Under the pieces are notes generated by a model that saw only the letters and a program-made list of their open reading frames with translations, was not told the DNA's origin and searched no databases. Shown here one piece after another: positions 39,504-53,402 of a stretch of 64,000 bases of DNA. The stretch lies in the NCBI GenBank assembly GCA_964304625.1, contig OZ199840.1, positions 7,105,435 through 7,169,434 of the forward strand. The letters are read 5' to 3'. The translations under genes were made by a program, and so were the position numbers. This stretch comes from Kudoa neothunni (Eukaryota; Animalia; Cnidaria). The first letter of the stretch is position 1, and each line of letters begins with the position of its first letter.

Positions 39504-39879
39504 AGTGTAACTAAAAGAGGGCACGAACACGAACGAAACACGAAAAAATTTTAAACGTGTAAAAAAGTGGTGCACGAACACGAACGAACGGGCATTGTCT
39601 GATTGTTTGCTTAGCCATATCGAAACTTTTAGCTATTGGGATGGATGTGGGTTTTTGCTTTTCGTTTCATTTTTTTTGTTTCATGACACAATTCGATACA
39701 CATAGCATAATGTCTGTTGTCTGTTGTCTGATGGATTTTTATTGATTATTCAAATGCATCCTGCGTAAACATTTGCCATGGCTGAATTTATTGGATTTGA
39801 TGGCTACTAATAGTTTCTTATCATTTGAGATTTTGAACTAAAGATATTCATCATGTTTAAATTCTTGGGGACAATATTT

Positions 39880-40583
39880 AGGTCGCTAAGTGAACGGGGG
39901 GGGGGGCGGATTTCGCCGGAATACATGCAATGCGCATGCGCCACTTGAAAAATTCATAAACAAGGCGTTAGAGTAAGAAAACCCCAAAAATTAAGATGAG
40001 TGTTTTGTTAATTTTTAGGTTTAAGCTACGTTCCAAATGTAAAGCTTTTCGATAGTCTCTAAAAACATTGTTTCATGATATATATCGTAATTTTGACATA
40101 CTACTTTGAGTTCATATTTTTCAAGGGTTTTTTCCGTGGGAATCATAAGTTGGGATGCAAAGTTTGAAAGACATATCTTGTTCTACATTTCTTTGATGTT
40201 CTTTTAATTTTTGAATAAAAGTAAGCATTCCAGGATGAGCTTGCTCAAAGCGGGAGTAGAAATGCCTGTTGAATGTCTCGGCAGAATTAGATGTCAAGTG
40301 TACGTTTCGCATCAGTCTGTCAAAGGCATTCCATGACTTTAATGGATATTTGGGATTCACGATATAGGTTTTTTCGAAGTAACCTACAAATAAATTTATA
40401 TTGGTTATATCATTGAAATTTGGAGATTTCGTTTTAAATTTTTCAAATCCCTCCTTGATGCAATTCATTGGGACAAATGCAAGTGATGTGATACATTTTA
40501 CAAACAATTTGAAATTGACATTATGATTGTAATCTCTGGACAAACCTTAGTTTGGAATTTTCCTGTTCACATTTTATCTTAGA
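39880..40583 (-). mobile_element. MULE (Mutator) 3' fragment
   Basis: LAFVP...YFEKTYI...WNAFDR...TSNSAETFNRHF...HPGMLTFIQKLK. GC-rich terminus near 39880-39950. Cut at 40584 by a hAT end. Confidence 0.8.
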
Positions 40584-40584
40584 T

Positions 40585-43500
40585 CGGTGTTTCCCAACCT
40601 ATTCTTGAAAAAATATCCGTTCCTCACCTTTTTCAATAACAACGATTTTTGCTTAAATTTCTTACAACATTGAATCAAGTTTCCTTTCACATTAAAAGTT
40701 GATGTTTAATAGAAAATTTAAAACTATTAAAACTTATTAATAAGCATTAACTTCACAGAATAGTAATTTTAAGCCTAAACATTTTTTATGGTTCTTGATA
40801 TCTTTAAGTAGGTGCAATTATATTTGTCTTTGTGTTTTCCATGAAATTACTGGGTTCTATATAAAAAAGGAAGTGGCTATTCTTACGACAACGAATATCT
40901 TTTTTCTCACTAAAGATATTTTAAATCTGAATTTGAAAACATGTTATTACATTTTTTTCCTACAAAAATTTAAGTTTTTATAAATTATTATTGCAATAAA
41001 ACTAATACATATATTTTGGCCTTATTTCGCCATTACAAGTACTAAAAATGATTAAAACCAGATCTGCATTAACATTTACGACATTCTAAAGCATTTTGGA
41101 ATCGAAAAATCATGAAAATTGTGCTAATGTAACTTCATTTGCAATGGAGGCCATTAGCCCACGTGTCAATGTTACGGTCTGGTACGGATTAATCGTTTGA
41201 AATGGTATCACTTTATAAGATATTCACTGAAAAATAAAACTAATATTAATCAAATTTCGAAATTTTTTTAGCCAAATAGACCGAACTCAAAAAATCATAT
41301 GTCATCACTTCATAATTAAGTTAACATTAAATATAAATCGAAGTATATAATTAGCAACCAATATTTGGGAAATATCATAATTAATTAACTTTTATTATCA
41401 ACTATCTATTGAAATTTTATTTTTGTTTTTTCTTCGGAAGTCCAATAGTAGTTAATCTGCTACCCCTGGGCTTTCCGACAGACTTGACTTTGGATGGAAT
41501 GGGTATATCTAAAATTTTTTTATAATTAATAAAAAATTAGTTACTTTTATATGTATGATTAGTTTTTTCCTGATTCATACTTTACTAGCAAAGCTTTCAG
41601 CTAAATACATTACCATCAGTTAGTATTATGGTTAGTTTACCGTATTTTTCTTTAGTATATTCATCATCTTAGTTTAAATTATATTAATAAAATATTTTCA
41701 TTTGCGAAATACCTATGTAAGACAATTCGCTCTCAGGATTGGAGGATAGGATTTCAACGAAAGCGTTATCTTCTCTCAAATTTATTTTCACTAATATACT
41801 TACACATTTGCAACAAATAGTAAATAACTTAGTTCATTTATAGCCGACATCATTTTCGTATCATGATTTTTAATCACACATTCAAGTCTTCTAAAAACTT
41901 CAATGGAAGTTTGAAAAAAATCCCCGCAAAATTCGGCAGATGTAGTAGTCGCCAACTTTTTTGTAAGCACTAAGGACAGTCTTAATCTTTGAGAAGGGGT
42001 TTGGATAGTGTCTTTAGAAATCACTCAAAGTTGAAAACTTTTTCACTACAGTTTTTAGTTTTGCATTAATGGATTCAATTCTGTTATTCGTTGTATTATT
42101 ATAGTGATGCTCAGCCATACTTAATCCAAGTATCCATTCCTGGTGAATGGTTAGCCAATTCTTTTTGAAATAATCATTAAGTTCCTCAACTCTGAGGTCA
42201 AAAAGTTCACAACATAGGCGGTCAAAATTTTCCTCGTTCTTGACATAAGTCATTTTTTCTAATATTTGAAGAATAAATGTTTTTGTTTCGGTTGTTATAC
42301 CATACTTTCCGACTTTTATTTCCCGCTGGAACGCTTGTAATACATGGCATTTACATAGTATCAACTTTGTGGAAGGAAATACGAAACTTAAACATTTTCG
42401 TAACAAATGATCTTTGTCAGTTATTATTGACATCGTTTCGGATCGCAACCACGGTGCAGCATCTAACAATTCGTTCAGAAACCATGTTATGGCTTCTGCT
42501 GTCTCCTCATATAAAATATAGGCACTAGTGATATGGGTTAAACCAAAAGAGTCTTGAGATGCAGTTAAATAAAGAGGAGCTCTACAAATACAGTCGTCAT
42601 TTGTTATAAAATAGGGTTTTCGTCCCTTGAATCCAACAGCTTATAAGTGGCATCTATGAATAATAGCTCAGGAAAACATTCAAGAACATGGAGCATTTCG
42701 TTATCCACGAAGAAAATTCCATTGACAGAACTTTCACTAGCAAGAATTTTAACTCTGCAATTATAATCATTTTTCAATATTGTAATAACGGAGTCAATAT
42801 TTTTCGGTTCGACGGTAGAAATAGTCTTTACATTATGGATAGATTTTAATGTAATTTTCTTTCAGGTTTCTTCGCTTAAATTACATTGAATTAACCTTTT
42901 ATTTGCTCTTAATGATATTAACTCCGATATCATTGGATCATTCAGGTTAATTCTTCTTTGTGGAGGAAGGTTTTCGAATATTCTTTGATCGCAAGAATGG
43001 TTATGGATTAAATTTAGCGATTTCACCTCCAAAAAGTTACCGTCCACAGTGCTCCAGAGCGAGATACTAAATGGGCATTTCTTCTTAAATGATAATTTGT
43101 TTCTATCTCCATTGCTTTTGCGTTTGTAAGGAACACCAAAGAAACACACGTAATTAATGTCATAATAAACCAACTGAGAATTTATGGATCTGTTTACTCT
43201 TCGTTGTGCATTTGAAATTTTTCTCGAATGTCTAATTTTTAAATTGCAAAAATGTTTTTCTTCGTATTCTTTCACTTTAATTTGTAACTTTTCATACGAA
43301 TCAAATTTCATTCCAATAAAGAAGTCAGCAGACTGTTCACAATCCATGATTTCCATAATACTGCGCAACATAACGTTTTTACTTTAACACGTTTTGGGAT
43401 ATTAACAGACTCGAAAACAAATTGTTAATATATGTAATGAATTACTAGTAAATATTATATTTTTTTAAGATAATTAATATTAGCAGGTTTTATCTTTTTG

Positions 43501-46200
43501 TTAAAATTATGTCGTATAATTTTGTGATGTAGGAAATAATCATTTTATCTAATTTTTAAGACAATAATATTAATAAAATTTATTTAATATAATTATTATG
43601 AAATACAATGAACCTCACTATCTTTCCAGATACTTAACCCGAAAAATATATATCATTTTGAACGAAATAATAGGCAGTTATTATGTCGCTATACTCACCA
43701 AGATACATAAAGTATGTTTTAAACAAATAGAACAAATTAGATTATTAATTTTAAAAATAAGCTTTTAAAATTGCATTTTGGATCTAAATGTAATTAAAAT
43801 GTGATGTAGTTCGTTACGCAATAATCGAATGAAGTTACATTAGCACAATTTTCATGATTTTTCGATTCAAAAATGCTTTAAAATGTCGTAAATGTTAATG
43901 AAGATCTGATTTTAATCATTTTTGGTACTTGTAATGGCGAAATAAGCCCAAAATATATGTATTCGTGTTATTGCAATAATAATTTATAAAAACATAAATT
44001 TTTGTAGGAAAAAATGTAATAACATGTTTTCAAATTCAGATTTAAAATATCTTTGGTAAGAAAAAAGATATTCGTTGTCGTAAGAATGGCCAATGCCTAT
44101 AAAAAATCTCCAACAATATTAAATATTTAAAATTCTTAATTGCGCAAAATAAACAACATTATAAAAAAATTCAAAGCAAATAAAAATACATATAGAGTTT
44201 CATAAAAAAATATATATTTATAAATTTTTAAAACAAAGTAATTTTAATACCTAGAACCGTTCAATGAGAACTCTGGTCTTGATGCAAGTAGCACAAATTC
44301 ATAATACACGGGAAAATTTTCGACAATTTAAGCCGCAGATCAGATCTCCTCGCTTTGTTATATCAAGACGATTTTATTTATTATCTAACAATGCTTCAAC
44401 TGAGCTAAATCCGCATTCCACTAAATATGATGATGGACAAGGAAGCAAAAACTCTTTTGCACACGAAGAAATCTTTGGATATATCTTTTCAGCCTCGTCT
44501 GAAAACCACATCTTCATGCCCTTCAGCTTAAATAACACTTTGATACTCGCATTATTTTTTAATTTGAATAATTCCTGTTGATACTCCAACTCAGCCTCAG
44601 GAATATCAGCCAATAACGGTTGGGTTAACCGGCTCGGGAAGATCAGTGTTTTTAAGTCATCAAACCTGTCATTAAACTCCATAATTAGAGTATTCATATG
44701 ATCGATATTTACGGTAAATGCATTATAAGAAATCTCACACTTATTTAACCAGTAAAAATAGTAAAAGTTACACTGGATCACATTTTTCGATATACTTCTA
44801 GTGTCATGATATATCCGAAGATTTTTGTTTTGGCATCGATAACTGTAATATTTTCTCCTCAGAGTGAAATATTCAAATTTGCAAGTTTTTCAAAAATATC
44901 TGTCAAATAACTGACAAAAACTCTCCCATCATTAGTTAATAAACATCTCCTCTCTAGTTCATTGTTGAGATGTTCGCAAGGTGATCAAATAATTGCATAT
45001 ATCTTTTCAGACAAGTTCCACTTGATAGCCACCTCACTTCCGTGTATAACAATAAACGAACATAGTCAACATTCTGGTCATTACAAAATTCTTTGAATAT
45101 GCGTTCAGTGTTGGGGTTCGTCTTGATGTGATTGACACATCTGACTACATTCTGTAAGTTTCGTTGAGAACGGGAGACAAATTCTTCGCAACCATATGCT
45201 CTCGATGAATTACACAATGTACTTTTATCGTATTTGGATTCTCATCCTTCAATAATTTTAACCTCCCATTTTTCGCCCTCATTATAGCTAGCGCACCGTC
45301 AGCTACACATGACAATATATTAGAAAGTGGTATTTCATTTGAATCCAAATAATTCTTAACTTTGGCATGAATGTCTCTCGCAGTTGTTGAAATTTCTAAT
45401 GGTTTGCAGAATAAAATTTCTTCGTAAAAGCCTCATCTTCAATGTACCTTACATAAGCTAATGGCAAAGCTTCGCTCTCCCTGATTGTTGATTCGTCCAG
45501 TTGTAAAGAAAATTTTCGGGATTTCAACTTTTCAATTAGTTGGATCTCGACATCTTTTGCCATTTCGTTTATTCTGGATGAGACAGTGTTATTGTTGGGT
45601 GGCATTACCCTAACATGTGCATCATCTTTTTGTTGAACAGTTTCCAAAAAAATAGAAATAGCAGGTTTAATAAGCTTTTCTTCAATCGTATGGTTCTTGT
45701 CATTTTTAGCAATTAACAACGATACTCCGTAGCCAGCTTGCAGGGTACGGTCATAAAGTGTACTTTGGGAGTTGAAGAGGGATGAAACTTTGGCTTGTTT
45801 TTGGAAATGTTCTTTTAGAGATTCAAAATATTCCAAGCCCGAGTTCACGTTAATGGAGTGTTTTACTTTTAAATGTGATTCCAATCTACCTGCCTCCATT
45901 GACTCATTACTCAGTAACTGGTGGCAAAGCAAACAGAAAGGCCTTGTCGCATCGTTACCATCAGGAATAAATCCCAATTTCAAAAATTCTTCGGAATATT
46001 GGCGAATTTTTCTCTTCCTTATGGTACTCATTGTTATACTATGGTGTATGTCGATTAAACAGCGAAATCAAACACGTTCAGTCGAAGTAGTTTTGTTGAT
46101 GTTCACAGTCCATTCCTTTAGCGGTGTGAAATATTATTGTTGAATACAATATTCAGAAAGAATATTCGCTGGTACTCAATAATACTTTCATCCTTTACAA
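40585..46200 (-). mobile_element. hAT Buster/Charlie (ZBED8/SCAND3-like) transposon, interrupted by a MULE
   Basis: Terminus CGGTGTTTCCCAACC at 40585. Transposase fragments 44250-46031: RQYSEEFLKLGF, FSLQLDEST, ADGALAI, HCVIHREH, TEVRWLS, PSSYLVECGFS. 5' end not located. Confidence 0.85.
40869..44097 (-). mobile_element. MULE with ~270-bp TIRs and a ZSWIM3/FAR1-like transposase pseudogene
   Basis: Long TIRs 40869-41140 / 43828-44097 and perfect 9-bp TSD TATAAAAAA. Motifs CPFSI..HNH, LFIDATYKL, IITDKD, LCKCHVLQAF, TTNNRIESIN. Confidence 0.93.
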
Positions 46201-47249
46201 AAGGAGTTCTCAAATGTTCTTTAAATTTATCACCTAAAATTGGAAATTATATTAATTTCTATTTTATGATTTGATTCTGCTTCAGCTAGGGCAGCGTTTC
46301 CCGATTCATTTTAGTTCCCCATCTCGTACCACTTACAAGGACAACTCCGCGCCTCTTTTCAAAAAAGAGATTTAACTTGGATATATTTTCAGGTGTGGAA
46401 AATAAAAAGAAAAATTTGTTGAAAATGGGGTCTAATTTAACGAGAAAACAAATATATTTAAACTGATTATAAATGAAATGTTTCATATTTTTTTCTTGTC
46501 TTTTTGGGCAATAATTAGGTCACAATGGTGCTCTACATCAGATAATAATACGTATAAATCATAATTTGTAAACGAACTAGATATGTTAATACTTGTGTGT
46601 AAAATATCAGATGTGAATAATTGAACTTATGCGAAATTTTTGATTATGTAGTTTTTTGTTTGAATATAATTTAAAAATTAAATAAGGAAAATAGACTTGT
46701 GCCCTTATCTCAAGTACAAAGTTTTGGTAATGGTGGAGTGTGCAGCTTCCATTTTTCACCCTCTTGCGCGTGTCTGACAATCCCGATTTTATTTTAAACC
46801 AATTATTCACTATTTTAAACTTTTGGTCGAACAACAATTCACCTCATAATTAACTTCTAAAAATTTTGTTAAAATTTACATTCGGCTTCAATCGGTGCGT
46901 GTGCATGTGAATGCGCAAGGTAGTTTTGTTCTGTTTTCCATATGAATTTAACATATTACTCATGATTAAGCGTGTTTTTGCCTTGTTTTAAATTTCCAAT
47001 ATGTTTATACCACCATTATTTCAACAAATTTAAATCTTTCTGTCAACCCAATTGAAAACATTTCCGCGTTAACCGCATCACTTCGATTATGCCAATTTCT
47101 TAGTAACACTCCAAGAAGAAACTTTTTATAGATTTCTCCCTCAAATTTTTGTTTTTACCCAAAATTCACTCGAATACATGTATAATTTATTTTATGAACT
47201 CCCAATAATTAACGTATTTTTTATTTGAACCAAAACATAAATAACAAAT

Positions 47250-48130
47250 TTTTACATTTTCAAGTTAGTTTTCATTGTAGTTAACACGACATTTACCAAA
47301 CCTTCGTTATGGTGTTTATCAGTAGCCAGCGCCGATTTTACATTTTACTCAGCAACGAGAAACTAACAAATTTGTTAATTAACAAAAACCTTATCCGAAT
47401 TCCTACAAGATGCAGAACAGTTAGCTTGGCACAATTATCTGGAAAAACGATTACATATTGGTTTTCCGAATTTCGGATGATTTAAACTGAATCGTTTTAT
47501 TTTTGCGTTCAAAATTTGGTGGCCTACAAAAGTTATCGATATTGACGAATGTCTCCTAAGGGGGAAGCGAAAAAATAATCGTGGACGATATTTGGCATAA
47601 GGTTGGTTGAGAAGCGTTCCTAATGAAACCTATATTTCATCTGAATCGGAAAATGACGAAATCGAAAGCTGTGAAAATTCCTACACTGTTGAGCGTTATG
47701 GTAATCGTATCGAAGGGCCTTGGGTGGTCGGGATATGCGAATGCTCCGTCGACAATGATAGCAAAAGAAATCTATTAGAATCAAGATTTTTATTGTTCAA
47801 AGAAGGGATGCGAGTGCATTGATATCATTAATACGTCAAGAAGTTGAGCCTGGTTCCACGATCTTTATTTACTGATGAATGGAAAGCATATCAAACCCTT
47901 GGAAAGTATGGATTTACCCATAAAATGTTAACCATTCCAAGAAATATGTCACAAGAGAAGGTTACCACAAATATACAGTGGAAGTTGTGTAGCACCATCT
48001 TAAGACCAAATTATTACGACGGGTGAGTGGTGCCCCCAGAGCGTATCTTGATTCATATCTTCACGAAGAATGTATGCGATCGAAGTTCAGCAATAAATGG
48101 GAATTTTTTGATTTTATTTTAAATTCGATA
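47250..48130 (+). pseudogene. Merlin transposase, degenerate
   Basis: VIDIDECLLRGKRKNNRGR, GPWVVGICE, FTDEWKAY, VNHS-like motifs; many frameshifts. Confidence 0.8.
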
Positions 48131-48344
48131 AATACACTCTAGCCTATCTCTTAGAATTAATTGAATAATAATTCCACTTTTTTGGTTTTTTTTAATTTGC
48201 TTCTTATTCTATGCGCATTGCTAAATTGAAAATAAATATATTTAAATTGAGTTTTATAATCTACTCTATATTCTTGAATTATTTTTAAACGAAATCATTG
48301 GTTACTCTAATATTAGCTTTTTAACCTCATAAGAATGTAATAAT

Positions 48345-50558
48345 TAAGGTTTAATTCGGTTCGGTTTTCGGTTTTTTGTTATTTTTTTAAACTATTTAGA
48401 AGAATTGTTTAACGATTTATAAGAAAATATAAATACAAACTATTCACTATTAAACATACTTTCCAAAAAAGGTTTAAAATTATCTTACAGTTTAATTAAT
48501 TTTGTATTCTCTTTTTAAAAGTGGTTATAGTCTATTTATGTTAGAATTCTACATAATGCTTCATAACAAATATCATTAGAATCAAACAACAATTATTTCG
48601 GTTTTCATAAATAAACACGATAGTGTCGAGTTTTGAATCGCTCAATCTTGTTCTGAGTGGGGTTATGATGTGATTACACAAGGAAAAACATCTTTCGGAA
48701 TCAATGCTCGTGGGTCTTATGTTAGAAAGGGATTTTCGAACTCTTTCTAAGCGATCCGTCATCACGCCATGACATGTAAAATTGAGGATTTCATCTGAGT
48801 CGGTAAGTTTTAAACGCTTGGGCTCGGAAACGTAATTTATCAAATCTTCTAAGTCCAAATTAGACTCTGGGGCTTCACTTTCAATTTGATTAACTGGCTC
48901 AACAAAGTTTATCGCTTCCTCTAGCTCAAAATGTGACGGTCTTTTGTAGAAAAAGCTTTTGTCACAGATTTTTGAATCAAAACTTAGATTCAAAAAAATG
49001 TCCGACCAAATTGTCCGTCTTTCTTTGCAGCGCTTGATGACGTTTTCTTTTAATTTCGATGCAATTGATCCCTCAATATGTGTGAGTTCATTTATTGTGC
49101 CTGTCAATATAAAATCACATTGCGCCAAATTAATAACCGAATCAGACAATTTAAGAACAGCTCGATGTACAATTTCAAGGGATGATGTTAGTTCCTTTAT
49201 TGTAAATCATTCATAAAAATATTATGTAAGTAATTACATTGATGAAAATTATTTCGTCCTTGTCTACTGATAATTCCTTTTCCAGAATAGAATAAGTATG
49301 CTCTATTGCCTGGTACATTTGAACAAACTTTATCAACATTTGATATAAGCTGGACCAACGTGTGACACAATCAATGTTTAGAGATAAATATTGTATTCCC
49401 TTTTCCTCACACGACTTCCTTAATGTGTCGGTAGCCAGTCCAGATCTTGAAAAAAATTGATAATTGACCTGACCCGAGAAACAACATCAAAAAAGTTGGA
49501 CATAAGAACAAACTCCTGCTCATCAAATTCTAATTCATCAGATTCCAGCTCTTCCGTTATCATTCCTGTATTTTCTATCCGAAAACTATAGGTTTCTTTG
49601 TACATTGTGTCTTTAACAGCTATAAGTTAAGTTATTCTAGGATTGTCACTTGACAACACGATTACCCAAATTTAGGCCGTGAAGCATGCACTTTATCTGC
49701 TGAAACCCCAACTCATACGTACATTTTGCCATGTTCGAAGCTCCATCAGTGCACATAAATAATGAATTGACTCCAAATTTGCAGAGTTGTTTATTTATTA
49801 ATGAAGCCAATTCTACACCTGTGCATCTTTCTGTCACTCTTGTTACACCAAGAGAGATTTTTTTCCCCTCGAAATAGGCTTGGATATTAAGGAAACGTTT
49901 ATTTGACCTTGATGTCCACTCGTCACAACAGAGTGCAGGTCTTGAGTTTGACCCAGCAAAGATTTTTTTAATTTTCATTGTCATTGAGTTTTCCACAATG
50001 ATTAATGAATTAAAAATTGCGCCATAGGACACTGGAACTTCTTTTCCATATGCCTTTGTGAGCAGCTTTCTTAAAGTTACACTGCTGGCAATTTTCCTAA
50101 TTGGAATACTGTCGACAGCAATCAGTCTCGCGATATCTGAGTCAAGATTTGACTCCCAGAGACCTTTGTTGACAAAATTGTTAATTATGGGTTGCGTTTG
50201 AACGATTCTAATTTTTATTTAAAAATATTAATGATGTTGAATAACTTTGATTTTGAATCGATCCCATGCGTCTTGGCATGTGAATGAAGTGTGCTCGTTG
50301 AGCCTTTTTTGCAAACAAGTACAGCATTGCACTTTTTGCATTTAGCCTTCTCATCGGCTAGTTTAACAAAAAAATTCCAAATAGCGCTCACCATTTTTGA
50401 CCAATTTTATCACCGTTAAAACACGTGCAATTCCACGAAAATCTTATGCTCATTTAATACATTAAAAAGTTTTCTTTATTTAGAATATGATAAATACTTA
50501 ACAAAAATTTTAAAATCGGTTTCGGTTTTTAAAAAAACCGAACCGATCTTAAACCTTA
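48345..50558 (-). mobile_element. hAT transposon, sister of 24358-27845 (transposase ~50394-48590)
   Basis: TIR TAAGGTTTAA(G/-)(A/T)TCGGTTCGGTTTT. MVSAIWNFFVKLADEKAKCKKC, CCDEWTS, CTDGASNM, CMLHGLNL, PTSIDSERCFS. Same three intron positions as the sister copy. Confidence 0.93.
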
Positions 50559-53402
50559 TCTCCTTTGTAGTCGACTCCAGTGCCGATTGCTCAATCATCT
50601 ACCGAACGAAAATTCCTATAATCGAACACACATCTAACTGCCTATAATACGAATATAAAATTTCATTTAACAACGACCGTCCCTCCATATATTCTCATCC
50701 TCGGCACCTAACTACTGAAAAACTCAATGCAGCAAAAGCGGAATTTCTTCAACTTGAGGAACTTGGTATTTTCGACGACCTTCGAGCGAATGGGCCTCAT
50801 GTCTCCATTTCGTAGTCAAATCCAACGGAAAGTGGCGCCCTGCGACGACTAAGCACGGTAACAATTCCTGACAGATATCGATATCCCGTATCGAACAACC
50901 AAGATTTTTCGCGACACTTATACAATTGCAACGTCTTCTTCAAACTTGATCTCGTTCGAGGATACCTCCAAATATCATTGGCTGAAGAGGATATTCCCAA
51001 AACAGCCATAACGACTTGTTTCGGATTGTTTGAATTTGTTAGGATGCCGTTTGGTCTATGAAATTCTGCTCAAACATTTCAACGAGTGATGGACCATATT
51101 TTCAATGACATTGACTTTGTTTCCGTATATTTCGATGACCTCCTAATCACTAGTAATGATGAAAACAACCACAAGAAACACCTTAACGAGGTGCTCAGTT
51201 GCTTCGATAAATTCTGGTCAGCAGCCAATACTTAGAAATGTGAATTCGGTAGGAACAAAATCAATTTCCTTGGACACACAATTTCAAACAACGGAATAAA
51301 ACCTCCGATCGACACAATTACCCCAATTCAAAATTACCGTCAACCGGGTACCAACAAAGAACTTTCACGATTTCTAGGGATGATCAACTTCTGTCACAGA
51401 TTTATCAAGAACGCATCGGAGATCCTGAGACCGTTGTATGATGCAACCAACTCTGGCAAAAAAATCATCTCCTGGGCACCCGAAATGAGCTCCGCGTTCG
51501 AGTCAATCAAAGCTCTGCGATGCCACCATGCTAAGTACCCAATTCCAAATGCCAAACTCAAACTGACAACTGACGCTTCCAACACCGCCATAGGAGCAAC
51601 TTTATCCCAACTAAATAACGAAGCATGGGAACCGCTAGCTTTCTTCAGCAAGAAACTATCAAAGTCCCAACAAAATTATAGCACGTTTGATCGGGAGCTT
51701 TTAGCCATATATGTATCAATTCGACATTTCCTAGAAGGTCAAGGATTCATCTTTTTTATGGATCGTAAACCACTCACATTTATCCTTTCCAAAAAGACTG
51801 ATCTATGTTCCTCCCGTCAACAACGACGAGTATCCTACATTTCCGAATTCACGACCGACATCCAACACATCGATGGAGTAAAGAACGTCCCAGCTGACGC
51901 TTTATCAAGAATCCCCATAAATGCAATCTTCCATTCTCCTCATGATTATTATCGTTTTGCAACCTCACAAAAACACGACAGCAACATCAAAGGATACAAA
52001 AAAGATCCTAAATCACTAAAAATCAAATCGTTCCCGTTCGGCCACCAACCAATTAGTATTCTCTGTGATATCTCAACTGGCAGACCATGGCCGATCTTAC
52101 CGAGAGATTGGACACAAACGATCCTGAATCGATGTCGCATCATTGACGCAAAACGACAACGAAATTGATATGCGAACGGTTTGTTTGGGAAAGTATGAAA
52201 AGACAGCCAATTTTGTCCAAAATTACAAACGATGCGAAAGGTCAAAAATCCAGAATCATGTCAAAACATCACTTGAACAAATCCCCCACACAACCCAGAA
52301 GTTTTCGCATAGTCACATCGATATCGTCGGGCCACTTCCCGAATCCCAATCTAATAAATACATTTTAACACTCATCGACCGCTACTCTAGATGGCCAGAA
52401 GCAATACCATTGGACGATATTAAATCCGAATTATGTGTAAACGCCCTTCGTCGTCAATGGATAAACAAATATGGAATTCCAGAGATCATCACGTGTAACA
52501 ATTTTCCCCAGTTTATATCAACATTGTGGAAAACTACGTGCCGAAATCTCAATATCCACCATGTCAACTACTCGGGCAAATACTATCCGCAGTCCAACGG
52601 AATCATCGAGAGGATTCACCGAACGTTGAAAGCGGCCATTATGACGAGAACAGAAAGCTCCCCAATCACATGGTACGACGAACTACCAATGATAATATTA
52701 GGTCGCCGAATAATTCCAAAAGAAGACATCAACTACTCACCGTCTCAACTTATCTATATTTATTGCTATAATATCAGAGCTCCATTAGACTTTCACAGCA
52801 CGTTGCCACCGAAACTCAACACATCTGAATTTTCTCGACTTAACCAACTACGCACCTATGCAATCGGCACATTCCCATCCTACCACTGCTCTCAAAAACC
52901 TTATTTTCCAAACATAAATTCAACAGCAACCACATATACATACTCAAACCCATTCCCGAAGCGCTGGAACAACCATACGAAGGGCCATTCAAAATCATAT
53001 AAAAACAGCCACCATTTTGCTTAACAACAATCAACGAACAATTTCAATCGATCGAACAAAACCGGTCACAATCCACAGTCAAAACGAAGATAATTCAGTA
53101 TCTAAGGCAGCGCTTCCCAACTAAAACTGGACTCGCATCCCAATTTTTTTACAAAACGAAATTCGCACCCCTTTGTATACGATAATGTGTAACAGACTTA
53201 AGATTTATCAAAAATTATTTTTAATTTTGATCAGATCTCGCACCACCTGAGACCAAAGTTCGCGCCCCCAGCTGAGAACCCCGATCTAAAGGGAGATAAT
53301 GGCCGGTGGCCCATTCGATTAGATTCGTTGACTATCGTACCTACGCTATAAAAGTTTTTAGTCCGATTACATTTGTCATTAGTCTCGGCTCCCGCCGCTA
53401 CA
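50559..53402 (+). mobile_element. Ty3/Gypsy LTR retrotransposon, 5'-truncated (RT, RNase H, integrase, 3' LTR)
   Basis: KLDLVRGYLQI, MPFGL, YFDDLLI; LTTDASNTAIGATL, NYSTFDRELLAIY; HIDIVGPLP, YPQSNGIIERIHRTLK. Purine tract at ~53288-53297 precedes a ~103-bp TG...CA LTR at 53300-53402. Confidence 0.92.
53108..53283. mobile_element. hAT-type MITE, copy 2
   Basis: CAGCGCTTCCCAAC...GAGAACCCCG with near-TSD ATCTAAGG/ATCTAAAG. Homologous to 7424-7597. Confidence 0.82.

Larger units (their letters stand above)
35694..39601 (-). mobile_element. hAT (Hermes/hobo-like) transposon, full length
   Basis: TIR CAGACAATGCCC(A/G)TTCGT, perfect 8-bp TSD ATTGTTTG, and CACGAA subterminal repeats. Confidence 0.95.
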
